This document shows, piece by piece, positions 29,475 through 41,775 of a stretch of 64,000 bases of DNA (the first letter of the stretch is position 1; every line of letters starts with the position of its first letter). The notes under the pieces were generated by a model. It searched no databases, was not told the origin of the DNA, and saw only the letters and a program-made list of their open reading frames with translations. A program made the position numbers and the translations under genes. The DNA is taken from contig OX337230.1 in assembly GCA_946965045.2 (NCBI GenBank), forward strand, positions 2,542,001 through 2,606,000, read 5' to 3'. The DNA is from Epithemia pelagica. Taxonomy: Eukaryota > Protista > Bacillariophyta.

Positions 29475-31491
29475 ATGCCGTCCTGGGATGGGATTGAAGA
29501 TGCGTCTGCTTCACCAAGCCATATATGGTTGGAGCGTCCCAAGCGGGAAGTTGTAGATGAAGCCGGAGACGATTCGCCGTCTGTTACGGAACCCAAGCAG
29601 CAGTCCCAGTGCTCGTCCTCTCCAGGCAAGAAACCACAGGACTTACTCTGGAGTCCACTTCGAAAATGCGATTGCCAGGCCCTGAATTTGGCCACAGATC
29701 CCCACCCGATGGTTCACATTGAGGGTGGGCGGGCCACGGCAGATCCAACACACAATATTATTTTCCCCAATTTCATTGGTGGTCGTCATCGAGAGCTCAC
29801 GTCAGCCTTTTGGTTTGTTCGTGAAGAACGATCGAAAAACAATGTCGTCTTAGAACCCGTTTCCCATGTCCAAGACTCGGCCAAAATCGAAGCGCTCTAC
29901 CAAAAGGCCATCAATGCCGCTTCTTCACTGGGTAGTGGCATTGCATCAGTTCTCAATGATGAACTCACTCTGTCTGATGGATCCAAAGTGAGAATCAAAC
30001 AGGTTGGAGGATGCCTCAGTATGCAAAAAACGCCCCCTGGTTGGTTTTCCTCCTCCTTGTTACTTCAGCGAGGTTATGATGAATATACTGTAGAAGGAGA
30101 AGAGGAAGAATGTGCTCTCGGTCCTGTCCGACACGTTGTTTTTATTGTACACGGCATTGGTGAGGCCGTATTCAGCCGACAGGATGTCAACATGCCCGAC
30201 CTCGTGGATATGACCAATTCCACACGCATAGCAGTTCAGAAAAAGCAATTCAAACAGTGGAAACAAAGGTGCAACAAGGCTCAGAAAGAAGGTCGAAGCC
30301 CTCCACCTCCTCCCAATCGTATTGAGTTTCTTCCCATTCAATGGTTTCATCGTTTGCACGATTCGTCCTTGGAACTCACCAAGTCACTCAAGTCTGTGAG
30401 CCTGACTTCGATACCAGCCCTTCGTTCCATTGCCAACGACATTGTCTTTGACGTGTTGCTGTATTTGACGCCGGAGTTTTGTGGATCAGTGATTTCATGT
30501 GTAACCGATCAGATTAATGAATTGTTGCAATCGGTCAAGAAGATCCACCCCGATTTCGTAGATGCAGGAGGAGAGTACTCACTTGTCGGGCACTCACTCG
30601 GATCTGTGATTGTCTGGGACATTCTCTCTCTCCTCAAAGATTCTCAGGAACAAAAGGGCTCCGACTTTAAGGGTGTCACCGTGGATGGCAAGGTAGGATA
30701 TCACGCCTATGCGAAGAACGAACATGCCAATGTGGCCCAAAACGGAACTTGGGGACCGTCTTTACCGAAAGATGCTCGCCCAGAGACAATTCACTTTCAG
30801 CCCAAAGTCACGGTACTTCTAGGATCTCCTCTGGGTATGTTCTTGACTATGCGAGGAGCACATGCAGTTTTCGATGCCATGGCCAAGTCAAGCTCCAATC
30901 AAGATGGCATTGCCGCGTCTCCGTTCACGTTACCTACTGGGAGTCTGTATAACATATTCAATCCTTCCGATCCAGTGGCTTATCGTGTGGAGCCCCTCTT
31001 GCTGCCCCAAGATGCCACTCCCACCATTGTACCACCTCCAGAGTATCTTACTGCACCGGGAAAGGATGTACGACTCCATGTGAAGGCTCGACAAATCGGA
31101 GATGAAATACACAAGAGCATCATGGAACCAGCAAGAGGATCGTTTACCTCCCTCTTTGAATCAGCTGTTTCTGCTATATCTCCTCAGGTAGCGGATGCTC
31201 TTCGCAGCGAAGAGTCGAATGCTGGAGGAGAAACCCCCAAAAACGATACAAAGAAAGTTACCGTCTTTCCCTTGGGAGGGGCGTCCTCGAGAGTGGACTA
31301 CTCGTTTCAACCTGGTGTGATTGACAATGAATACATTAATGCGGTAAGGTTTCTTCTTTGTTCTTGACTTGAATCAATTTCAGTCGGAATCTCACACACA
31401 TATCGAAACACAGGTCCTGGCTCATTCCACCTCTACTTACTTTCTTCATAACGATTTTTTGGATTTCATGATTGATAAATTTCATGGCTGA
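29475..31491 (+). CDS. DDHD-domain phospholipase A1; join(29475..31343,31414..31491)
   Basis: HVVFIVHGIG, RIEFLPIQW, IANDIVFDVLLY, lipase box GHSLG, YNIFNPSDPVAYRVEPL, RVDYSFQ; a 70-bp intron restores EYINA|VLAHSTSTYF. Confidence 0.9.
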
Positions 31492-32146
31492 ACCTAAGTA
31501 TGCGAGACGATACCCAATTAATTGGATTAGAAGCGCGCATCTATTCCTTGTCTCCATATACGACGTTCTCTCCTAGAAGCACACCTTGGGACTACAGAAA
31601 AACGTGGAAGGTCGAGTATGACTGAGTATCGTCCTATCACCATATGTGTTCACCTTCCAATGAAGGTTTCTTAACATGGTCATCATCTGGAATTCTATGC
31701 ATCTTCTCGAAAGAAACTAATAGTAGACAGTGCAATCACCTGTCCTCGGCTAGTTGAATTTATCGGTCCGTTTCGATAATCTAGCACATGGCAAGTCTAC
31801 TGGACCACCAGCCAAAAGAGAAAGAATAACAGTCGAAACTGCATGGACAGAGTTTAAACACTTTATTTCGCGAGATGACGTTGTCTTTGTCGTTCGATTT
31901 TGCAAAATACAGATAGTTTCTCCGGCGAGTCGATACCACTGTGACCTTGAGGCTGTTCACAGCCGTGTTCTCAAGATTGTTTCAATACATGTGGTTGATT
32001 GTGTGATTGTTACGTCCATGCCCAGAAATAGCGATTCCTCCGTGAACAAAAAGATTTTACGTCTATTTCGCGGTCAGTTAAGGAAAACACAGGCAATGAC
32101 GGCAGCCGTTTGTACACTTCCTGAAGTGGCTTTCGATCTACAACAA

Positions 32147-34855
32147 TCACGATCGTAATCCATACTTCGTTGCCACCGAAGTAACAACATTCAACATCCT
32201 GTTTGGGAAATGATCAGTTCCCATTTGTGGATTCACAACGATTTCATTCAAATCGTCATTGTTGATCCAAACTGGTGTATAGTCAAACCCATAATTTGTT
32301 GTGAAACATGTAAGGCACTTAACAAGCCCATGGACACATTCACGTTTCTCTCCTGTCTTGACAAGGTGGACCATTTTCCCAGGTGGAAAGAGTTTAATTT
32401 CACGAAGATCTCCACGTGATCGACGACGTGCTTCGTGGATATATTTGAATCTGGTAAGCTGTCTTTGGTATTCCGAGTCCGGGACTTCGTGAGGTTCATA
32501 CAAGATATCGTTGATGTCATGCAATGATCCATCGGGATCATCCAGAGGTGGATCAAAGCACATCTCGCAGCTGCTGCTGTTCGACGAGTGCCTCAGGAAC
32601 CTCCGTACGACTTCAGCTTTGGGAACTTTAATGCGCCCAATCACATCCAATATTTCATCCCTCCATGCGCTCATGGAATCAAATGACAGGCGTGGCACAA
32701 TGTCTGAGTCCAACACAAAGGAACTACACCAATCCTTACAACCGATAGCAAGGTTCCACGTCAACGAACATCCTGGGGGTGAAAAGTTGACACATCTCAC
32801 CGACGGAAATCGAGAACGAAGCATGTAGGACAGGACGGTGCACGCTGCTGCGCCCAGGCTGTGTCCCACAAGTCGAAGTGTGTAGTCTGGATATTGCGCA
32901 TTGTCACCTAGAAGCAACCGCTCCAAGATTTGGTGCTGCTGAAGATCTCTATATATGTTTCGGACCCAAAGCAACACACCTCCATGACAATATTGATTCT
33001 CTGCATCAAACCCATACTCTTGTCCCATCTCGCTGAGAGATTCCGGCTCAATCAACACGTCCGTCACACAATCTTCCAAGCTAAATGTCCCTCGAATGGA
33101 CACAACGACACATTTCCACTCATGATCCAGTAAAATACAGTACGGGTTATCACGGAATCCACTCTTGAGTTGGAGATACACCAAATCATTTTCTTTCAAA
33201 CCAACCGTCAGCAAGAGTGCCGTCTTATGTGATTCACACAGATTATCCCCTTCATAACGTCCGTTGGGCCCCATTGTTCCGTACGAGGAAAAACGAGGAT
33301 CTGCTGTTTCCTGAAATGACGACGTCGATTGTTGTTTACTTCCACAGCATCCCAAGCAGCCATTGGCGGCTAGGCGGGGAACGCCCGTCACGGGATGCAC
33401 GTACAAATAAAGAACCCACGTGTAAATAGCCAAAGCATATTTGGCGTAGCGCGCTCCCTCTTCCAACGCTGTCCGATCCACCACATTCTCGGGATTCAGA
33501 ATATTGGTTAGTTCTCGTCCGTTCGCCTCTTCGGTTTCATCCATTGTGTATCGAAAAGACGAATGGCGTCGCGATCCCTCCGAATCTTGAGAGCTATTGC
33601 CTCCAAACAGGAGAACAAGACCGTCCATATCGTCACTGGATGACGTCGAGGCACGGACCATGGGCGTCGTTTCTCCTCTGCCTGCGACCGATTCGAATGG
33701 AGAGAGAGACTCAAGACCACTCGTACCAATGATTGGGCCATTTTTCGGTGGATGCGCTAGCGTTGAAGCATCCAAAGAGATCAACTCCTCTTCACTTTGG
33801 GATGGTATCAGAATCCCGGTTTCACCATTGGACGTTTGCGTGAGTCTTCGGACAATTTGTCGTCTCGTTCGATGGACGCGCAGCTTTTGTAATCTTTGCA
33901 AAACCAAAAATCCTGCCGCAATGTCACTGGGCACAACATCCAAGACACCCCTTGTTTCTAGGTAATCCGCCAGCGCTCGGGCAACATCCCCAAAGTCGCC
34001 TTGTTGGCCCACGACCTCGCGGCCTCCAAACATGAAACAACTCGCTATACCCATGCATTGACACGCCACAGCACAACGTTGAGCCCACATTTCCTCCACC
34101 AATTCATGCCTCGAAGCCGCATAGTCGTCGTCTTCCATGGCAAAGACAGTCGGTCTAGCTTCTTCGTCATTGTCACCCTCTTGTTGCCCGGTGGAGAGAA
34201 AATAGTTGGCCCGTCGGGGCGGTTGCGCACACAAGTGAAGGAGGTACAACCATGAAACCAATATTTCGACAAGCTGCGTAATTAACAGAAGTGCAGCCGT
34301 AATCCACCACAATGTGAGATGATCACGCAACCGCCATGGCGGAGGTTCACGACTGTTGTCGTCCTCGTCTTCGTTTTCCTTGTTCTGATTGCATCGGTAG
34401 TAATGAGGTGCGGAGGCCACCATTGCAAGACCAGTGCAAAACACAAGAAATAACACTATGGAAAAGGGCATGAGCTTCAATTCCAATAGGTATGACACTT
34501 TGGTCGATCGTGGTTGGGTTTCGGTCGGCGATCCGATTCCTGCCCAATGGGAAATGCGTCCCTCCAATAAGACACATCCAATGGCATAGCACGCGGATCC
34601 AACTGCATAACTGAGGAGCAAGAGACCAAACATGTGCGAATGGCGACACGAATCATCGTGTGGATTGCTGTCAAACAAGACGTACGTAAATAATCCACCC
34701 GCACTATGACGACTTTCCGCAACCAAATGTTGAAGAATAGGACCAAGAAACAAGGTCAATTGTACCAAACGGAGTAAAAGCGAAAGAAATACGGCTGGTT
34801 GTAAGTCATCGCCACCCAAAAACGTTCGTCGATTGAACAAGTATATTGCAGGCAT
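32147..34855 (-). CDS. sn1-diacylglycerol lipase-like (Lipase_3) membrane protein, 902 aa
   Basis: N-terminal MPAIYLFNRRTFLGGDDL followed by four hydrophobic segments; DVVPSDIAAGF, VVVSIRGTFSLEDCVTD, HGG, GHSLGA, DIVPRL, DHFPN. Confidence 0.9.
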   Translation of the reverse strand: MPAIYLFNRRTFLGGDDLQPAVFLSLLLRLVQLTLFLGPILQHLVAESRHSAGGLFTYVLFDSNPHDDSCRHSHMFGLLLLSYAVGSACYAIGCVLLEGRISHWAGIGSPTETQPRSTKVSYLLELKLMPFSIVLFLVFCTGLAMVASAPHYYRCNQNKENEDEDDNSREPPPWRLRDHLTLWWITAALLLITQLVEILVSWLYLLHLCAQPPRRANYFLSTGQQEGDNDEEARPTVFAMEDDDYAASRHELVEEMWAQRCAVACQCMGIASCFMFGGREVVGQQGDFGDVARALADYLETRGVLDVVPSDIAAGFLVLQRLQKLRVHRTRRQIVRRLTQTSNGETGILIPSQSEEELISLDASTLAHPPKNGPIIGTSGLESLSPFESVAGRGETTPMVRASTSSSDDMDGLVLLFGGNSSQDSEGSRRHSSFRYTMDETEEANGRELTNILNPENVVDRTALEEGARYAKYALAIYTWVLYLYVHPVTGVPRLAANGCLGCCGSKQQSTSSFQETADPRFSSYGTMGPNGRYEGDNLCESHKTALLLTVGLKENDLVYLQLKSGFRDNPYCILLDHEWKCVVVSIRGTFSLEDCVTDVLIEPESLSEMGQEYGFDAENQYCHGGVLLWVRNIYRDLQQHQILERLLLGDNAQYPDYTLRLVGHSLGAAACTVLSYMLRSRFPSVRCVNFSPPGCSLTWNLAIGCKDWCSSFVLDSDIVPRLSFDSMSAWRDEILDVIGRIKVPKAEVVRRFLRHSSNSSSCEMCFDPPLDDPDGSLHDINDILYEPHEVPDSEYQRQLTRFKYIHEARRRSRGDLREIKLFPPGKMVHLVKTGEKRECVHGLVKCLTCFTTNYGFDYTPVWINNDDLNEIVVNPQMGTDHFPNRMLNVVTSVATKYGLRS

Positions 34856-35184
34856 GGTCGTTGATTCTGTGCTTCATGGTCTCGGTCTCGGGGCCGAAGA
34901 CGTCGATGTGGGACTGAATTGGGGGTCGAGGCAGTCTCTCCCCGTAGATCCCGCTAGATAATCAAAAATACCGGGTAATACTTTTTTTCCAGGGACACCC
35001 GGCATTTTTGTAACCATAGCGCTAATGGACCTTGAACAGAATATACCGAAAGGAGCGAAGGACGGACAAGTTCATTTTCTTTTTGGTACACTCTAATAGA
35101 ACGAAATACTTATCGATATTGATATTTCTGTACATTAGAATACATAGAGAGGAAAATACACGAATCGGAACATTTGGCGAGGGT

Positions 35185-35375
35185 CGATACAACCCGATAC
35201 ACACGATACAACAGGTCGAAACAACATTCGATACAACCGATACAAATTCTGATACAACCGATACATCCCGATACAACCGATACAACCCCGATACAACCCC
35301 GATACAACCGATACAAGGGGGTCGATACAACCGATACAAATCGACGAAACCCCGATACACACCCCCGATACAACA
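35185..35375. repeat. Array of ~16 (C)GATACAAC motifs
   Basis: GATAC(A) cores counted by eye at ~9-21-bp spacing, all in the same orientation. Confidence 0.9.
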
Positions 35376-35453
35376 ACACCCCCACAACAACAAAAATGAG
35401 TTCTTCACAAAAAAAAAGAAAGAGAAGAAACCATCAAGTGAACTACTACAAGG

Positions 35454-37142
35454 GTGATAACAACGACGATAGCCGAGCCCGGAGCCCTTTCCCCACCTAA
35501 CATACCGCGAATGACGGTCCCGCCCTGGATGGCGCGAAACGCGGATCCGCCATGGTTTTCCTCGGCAGTACAGTCAGACACCATGGTTCAACCACGACCG
35601 ACACGCCCGACATCTGGCCGGGCACCTCCTCCCCACCGAGGCGGAAGCGCAGCGCGCACGGTGACGCTTCGCAACGACATGGAAATCCTTCCCGGACTCC
35701 GAAAAAGCAAATCTACGAGGCCACAATGGCACAAACACGGCCATGGTGCAACATCCACACCCACCACAACCACCAACACCACCCAAGACCCAGACGGACA
35801 TCCAGTCCCGTACAGCTCCCCAACAAACCCAACACGGCACCACAGCGGAACAAAATCAGCCCACAACGATAACATCGAACCAAACCCAACACCAAATGAC
35901 CATCAATCCCCCAGATCCAACCTCAACAGGCACAAACAAAACACTCACGTCACCGTCTACCACAGCCGACAACACACCACTCACGTCACCACCGACAACA
36001 AGCCACTCCCTACCAAAGACCAACCCGTCCCATCAATAGAAAACATCACATTAACTACGAGATCAACCGCTACCCAAACAGATGACCCTCATCCCCCAAA
36101 ACCAAATGACCCCTGCCAACCAGCAGCAGACACACATCATCCCACAATATCGAAAAACCAGCGTTTTCGTCTGTCTCCCTTGAAGCCTCCAGCCGCATAG
36201 CCTACCGTCCGAAGCCACCAACCACCAAACAACCCCAAGATGCACGTCCACTCCAAGCCAGCCCAAGGCCGCAAGACCACCCGCGGGGGAATGCACCACA
36301 CCACCGCCAGCACCTTCGGAATCCCAAAATCCCACCCCAGCATGACAACCAGAAGCCAAAACGACCACGAACGCCCTCTGGACCACCACCAGCACCAAGA
36401 CAAGAACCCCCAGGCCATCACGCCCGAGCGACACCCCCACGGCGACTCCACAGCAACCAAACAACCCACCCACAACTCCGAACCCATCGACAACAACAAC
36501 AACAACAAAACCAACAAAAACACCGAAAACACCAACAAAAACACAGAAAAAAATGACACCAACAACAACAAAACCAACAAAAACACCAAAAACACCAACG
36601 AAACCACAGAAAACAACGACACCAACAACCATAGCACCCACCATGAAGACACCACCAACCCAGCGACGACGCTGGACGACGAAGCAAACACCACGACGGA
36701 AGAAGGATCTCCCTCCAACCCGTACAGGAAGACGCCGCCGACCAAACCCCCCGCTCCATCGACGGAACCAAAAACCCTCATCCAGCACCTACATGTGATG
36801 GTGAATCACAGTTTGAACTCCCAGGTGGAATCATCCCTGCCACGCCTTACGGAGCAATCGTTGAAAGATCACCTCAACCAGGTTTTCTTTCACCACAACA
36901 AGAGAGAGGAACCAATGTGGCTGCAAGTCCACAAAGCCAAGTTCATTGAAACAAAACAATCAGGCCGGACCCGCCCCACCCAAAACGACCAACAGCGTGC
37001 ACGCAACAACGGCCACGTATCCACGTTTCACGTCACGTTGTCCCCTGCCCCAGCAAACGACGCATTCAATACGGAAGTCTTCCACGAACAAGGACTCCGT
37101 TTCGTTCCAAAAACACCAGCTCCATCCTGGGGCTTTGTTTGA
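35454..37142 (+). other. C/A-rich low-complexity ORF region (two ORFs; N/T/K- and T/P/H-rich), possibly a retroelement ORF1 remnant
   Basis: Extreme strand bias and AAC repeats. Only the last ~120 codons of ORF 36240..37142 look like ordinary protein sequence. Confidence 0.3.
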
Positions 37143-37299
37143 GAAAGTCTTAATTGTCAACTTGGAAGATAATGACAATCTTCCACGGTGGGATGCACGG
37201 ATGACTATGGATGCCCTGCAATCAAAAAGGCAAAAGGTCCCATACGACAAGCTTCTCCCGTCTTCCCAACTATTGATTAAATGATTGCTTGTGGAATAC

Positions 37300-37975
37300 C
37301 GGAATTATATGGAAGAGGGGAAAGATGTACATGGTGAGAACGCCATGTTGGGTCATCCATTCCTATGCAAATTGGCGCCAAACATCCTCAAACACAACAA
37401 CATCTACGATGATAGAGACATAGAAAGAATCCGAGACCAGTATGAAACCGACTGTGTTGAACGATTGCTGGTGACCCCACCAGAAGGGACTCAAACTACA
37501 CCGCAAGTGGCTGCTGCTCCAAGTTTCTTGAAGTCTTCGGGACAAGATGTATGAGCCAAATGTAAGTCCAAAACAAACTTGATGCGTAGGAGTGCATGAA
37601 AGAGAATAACACATCCACCCACACGGGTCAGATTTGGAAGGGGAATCTCAATGATGATCTTGCGCGACCTGGATTTGGGTGACATCAACCACGAAGCAAA
37701 CTTGTGAAACTTTTTATATACATCAATGAACTCTGGAAACTCGTCTGTAACTTGACCTCCGTTTTTGGAACATACAAGACCAGTGGCATGCTTGATGATC
37801 AATTCTGCCTTGTGCATTTTGCACTTCCCACCATGGTTTTGCCCGATGATATACTTCCCCGCGAGAAATGCAGAGTTAGTATTATCATTGACAGAGGCAA
37901 GGAGATCATCCTTGGTGAATCCAAAATTCAGCAAGGTCTCGGTGTGTTTTGCAACTTGCAGGGCAGTGTGACCCT
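37300..37975 (-). pseudogene. Degenerate fragment of a hAT transposase related to the intact element at 50316-56967
   Basis: GHTALQVAKHTETLLNFGFTKDDLLASVNDNTNSAFLAGKYI...KCKMHKAELIIKHATGLV...IPLPNLTRVGGC aligns with GHSAADVAKLTHALLNQVGFSQSDLCASVNDNTASAVLAGKYI...KCDMHKAELILKHATGLV...IPLPNETRVSGC. It has an internal deletion and stops. Confidence 0.9.
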
Positions 37976-38528
37976 TTGTTTGAAGTAGCCCGGCGCATTT
38001 GAGCCTTCAGCGGTTCCTTGCCCAATCACCTCATGCTGACTTTGTCGAATAGGGATACGGTCTCCTCGTCCTGTCTTGGGGTTGTACCTTGTTTCGCTGT
38101 TTGTCGATGGTACGCTGCAGTCGGAGCTTGAACAGGGAGGTCATCTGGTCGGGGTTCTGAAGGCCACACTGAGCGAACTGCTTGACAAGATGGTCCAGTT
38201 CAATGACAGGAGGAGCAGTATCCTCATTGAGGCTCCCCCCCCATTTCGTACATTGAACGGCACATGGAAGGCCTACGTGCCAGGTTCTCCTTCAGTTCAA
38301 CTAAAGACACCCCTCCAGTGGTGATCGTGAACGATCCTAACCATTGTTTATGGTCGAATGGCTGGACCCTATCTGACTTGGCAAGAACATGAAGAAATAT
38401 CCAGACAACAAGATGAGGCCCTGACTACGAGGCTCGGGGAACTGGCCATTGCCTCAGAGAGAGAAGAAGACGAGCTAGGGCTCGAATCTCCAAGAGAATT
38501 TGGCAATCTCGTAGAAGGTCTGTCCACC

Positions 38529-38684
38529 AGGGACTCATCAACTATCGAGACTCCCCAGGAGAGTAATGGGGATCTCTCGGAGGGACTCATCAACTATCGA
38601 GACTCCCCATGAGAGTAATGGGGATCCCTCGGAGGGACTCATCAACTATCGAGACTCCCCATGAGAGTAATGGGGATCCCTCGG
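38529..38684. repeat. 3 x 52-bp tandem repeat, each with a TCCCCAT/ATGGGGA stem
   Basis: AGGGACTCATCAACTATCGAGACTCCCCATGAGAGTAATGGGGATCCCTCGG at 38529, 38581 and 38633. Confidence 0.95.
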
Positions 38685-39080
38685 ATCTACCAATTGGCAC
38701 GGAAACAGACAATCAACCCAGAGGAACCACGGATACAACTGATGCAACAACAATTGTTGATGAGACTGTTGGACCCGAGGTTCAAGAGTTGTTGCGTGCA
38801 ATCGACTCCTCGAACCCGGACAACGACGACTTGTTTGAGGAGTACACGGGGGAAAATATTGATTTAAACACCGTGGAGGAGTTGCCTCTTGATGAAGAGG
38901 GGGCTGACTCGGATGTGGATGCGCCATTTCAACGAACAATGAGTCAGAGATGGAAGCCGAAGAACCATCAGAAGATGAAGGAGCGGCAGATGAAGGAGCG
39001 GACGAGCCCATCCTGGAGCACGAGGATGAAAGTTTGGACGCCGACGACAAGGAAGTGGACCTTGCAGTGGCGGAGGAGGA

Positions 39081-40250
39081 ACAGGATGTCGATGCATCAT
39101 GAGTGGCACGGTCGATATAGTGGGTGAGAGGAGCTGGTTCTGGCAGTGTAAAATCATTTACGCTGCCGCTCGTGTCATCTACAAAGCCGATCATGTAAAC
39201 ACGGACTTTGACATGATGTCGTATCACATCTCACGTGCCTCAAAAACATTGTCTTTCAGTTACAAACTACACCACCAGAAACTGCTTCCTGTTGACATCA
39301 GTATATTCATCGAAGGTAGCTTCGTAAACTAATGGCGGAAAGGGAATCCACTCGTCCGGAAGCAACAATCAACTATATGTTCAGTAGGGTAAAGAGGCTG
39401 GAGGCAGCTCGCGCAGGGCCGCGGCCTGGGCCCGATGCCACTCACGTTGGGTGTGGTACCTGGAAAAGGGATCCGTGTCTCGAAAATGTCGGAGAGTGTC
39501 CTTAAATTGGGCTGAGGCGTTAGCAGTATCGTCAACAAAGCCCTGGATGGCTTGGGCAATAGATATCACCTGGTCGGGGGTACAGAAGTCCAGACCCGTA
39601 TACACCTCGGTGGTGGCGTCCATTATGTGCGAACTATCAATAGCCCAGATCGGAGGACCGCTGGCTCCCTTGGTCGCGGCCATCCTGACCATGAGTATAG
39701 AACTCAGTCGATATCCCATGCTGTGTCTTGACATGATAGTGTGAAGTGTCGAGGAAGTGCCCAAAGGCTTTGGCGCACCAATCCATCTGGGGTACAAATG
39801 ATGGACGATGATGGGAATGTCCACTTCGTCTCCCCCGAGATGTTCTTACTTTCCAAGTGCATCAAAGAAGTGACTTCCAAGAAATCCTCCCACGATGATG
39901 ATATCACTTCTCCCGAGTCGAAGAGCATGTTTTGCGACATGCCTCTACACACCCAAAAACACCTACGACTGAGTGTCGTTAACCGTTCCTTCACGAGCCT
40001 TCCCTGTCACTCAAACTGCGATTGGAATGGCTGGTGCAGACAAATTTTTTTCATACACGGATTTCGTTTTCCCTGTGCGACTCGATAACCAGATTTTCTT
40101 CTCCAATGAGTAGAAGATTCTCATGCGGCACATTCCTGTGAAAATCCCTCCTGGACATGCGGAAAACAAGTACAAGAGGGACCTGACCAGCACGGTCATT
40201 TTCTGGCGCATTGCCATCGCGGGCGTAGGAGACGAGATCGAAGGTACGAA
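39081..40250 (-). pseudogene. Two juxtaposed non-LTR (LINE) reverse-transcriptase fragments
   Basis: Fragment 1: (GQG-like)ASGPPIWAIDSSHIM...AIQGFVDDTA (~39450-39830). Fragment 2: VYMIGFVDDTSGSVNDF...ATHDA (~39081-39330). Both carry the YxDD-equivalent FVDD motif; stops and frameshifts are present. Confidence 0.7.
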
Positions 40251-40894
40251 AGAGCAAGAAGATGTATTATCAATCTACCAAGATATCTGATCTATCTATG
40301 AATATATCTGACAGAGGAATAACGTAGTCTCTTATTTCGTCAAACGGTTTTGAAGGATGGGTCGATCAACACGAAACGCAATCCAGTTAGTAGTTTCAAA
40401 CAGAAGTTGGTTCCGAAAAAAGCCAAGGACTCTGTGGAGAAACCCTCGACTTCCAAAGACTTCATGGTTTTTTCAAGTGATGACTCTGATGAAACTCCAA
40501 CGGTTCCGCCACAAGTCCATACTGCCTTTGATAAAATGGAGACTGACTCATTGAAAGAAATTGAAGAATCCTTAAAAACAAAAGATGGTTCTACGGTGCT
40601 TAACCATCCAGACATAGTGCTTCTAGTTGAAATTAAGCAGAGCTATCTATGGTAGCGTCATCGACACACACAAAGCAGTCTAACTTTTCACTAATTACTT
40701 CCCAACAAACTAGGATGACAATCACCACGCAAACCTAGCGAGTGACGTTGCTGAAAGATTTTTTCGTGGCGTTGCGAGATGATATTGTCTCATGGCACAC
40801 ACTCATACGTTCAAGTACGCCAGAAAATTATTACATATGATTCTAAAAACAGTAATAAATACAATGCTATCAACATCACTCTCTACCTTATCTC

Positions 40895-41157
40895 AATCGA
40901 GTGCCGACAACCCCGTCTATGCCCCTTTCGTGGACGACACGGGTGGGGCCGCTATTCGCCGCAACATCCACTCTCTCGTCAACAGCAGCATTCTGGCTGC
41001 TTATATCACCTTTGGCTTTCCTGACGAGGACCCGGGACGTCCTGAACCTATCAATCCCGTAAAATTTGTCACCCGCATCTCACACCAACTAAAGTTCTTG
41101 GGTTTCCTCATTGACACCCGTACAATGACCATTACCTGGCCCCAACCCAAACGGTGA
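40895..41157 (+). pseudogene. DIRS/Ngaro-like (tyrosine-recombinase retroelement) RT fragment
   Basis: YAPFVDD...HQLKFLGFLIDTRTMTITWPQPKR resembles the RT C-terminal motif of YR retroelements; truncated. Confidence 0.55.
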
Positions 41158-41775
41158 GACCGGACACAGCGCTGCTGCGTCCCTCTTGGGCATATACTTC
41201 ACCCTACGTTTGGTAGGTGGGGTGTCGGAGGGACGATCGGAGGGACAATCAGAAGGGGAGCGACGCCGGGAGGCATAGTCGTTGCGCTCATGTGAAGGAC
41301 GGGGATCTTGATCTCCCCGTTGATACAAACTCTATGTCACCTCTTCTTCGCCGTGCCACCCCCGTCTATCTTCTTCCCCCTTCCCCTACTGCCCTTTCGG
41401 ACCGCTCTTCCGATCGTGATGATCGGTCCTTGCGCTGTCGTCAACCCACGGACCGCCATTCGTCCGACCGTCCCGACACAAAACGACAACGTACCGGCAA
41501 TCAACCGCGCGTCCGGGGCCAAAAGGCTCAAGTGCCGCTGGTGGTCCTCCCTCCTGCCGGAAAAGACAAATACCCCCACTCAGGTAAGCATCTTTTGCTT
41601 TCATGGAGATCGTCATCCACCATTGCAGTCTCACCTGGAAGATCTCCTGCAATCATTTCTTCAAAAGAAGCATTCTCCCATTTCAGCAGATGATGACAGC
41701 TTCTATACTGGGGTCTGAATGAACTACAAGCCACCCAGATGGACATCTTAGATTGTTGAGTCCGCAACATTGGAC

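Noticed and set aside
34989-35005. CAGGGACACCCGGC as a hAT TIR for the decayed copy
   Set aside because: No matching inverted partner or TSD was found in the window.
38529-38684. CRISPR-like array (hairpin repeats)
   Set aside because: Units are directly adjacent with no unique spacers, there are no cas genes, and the context is eukaryotic.
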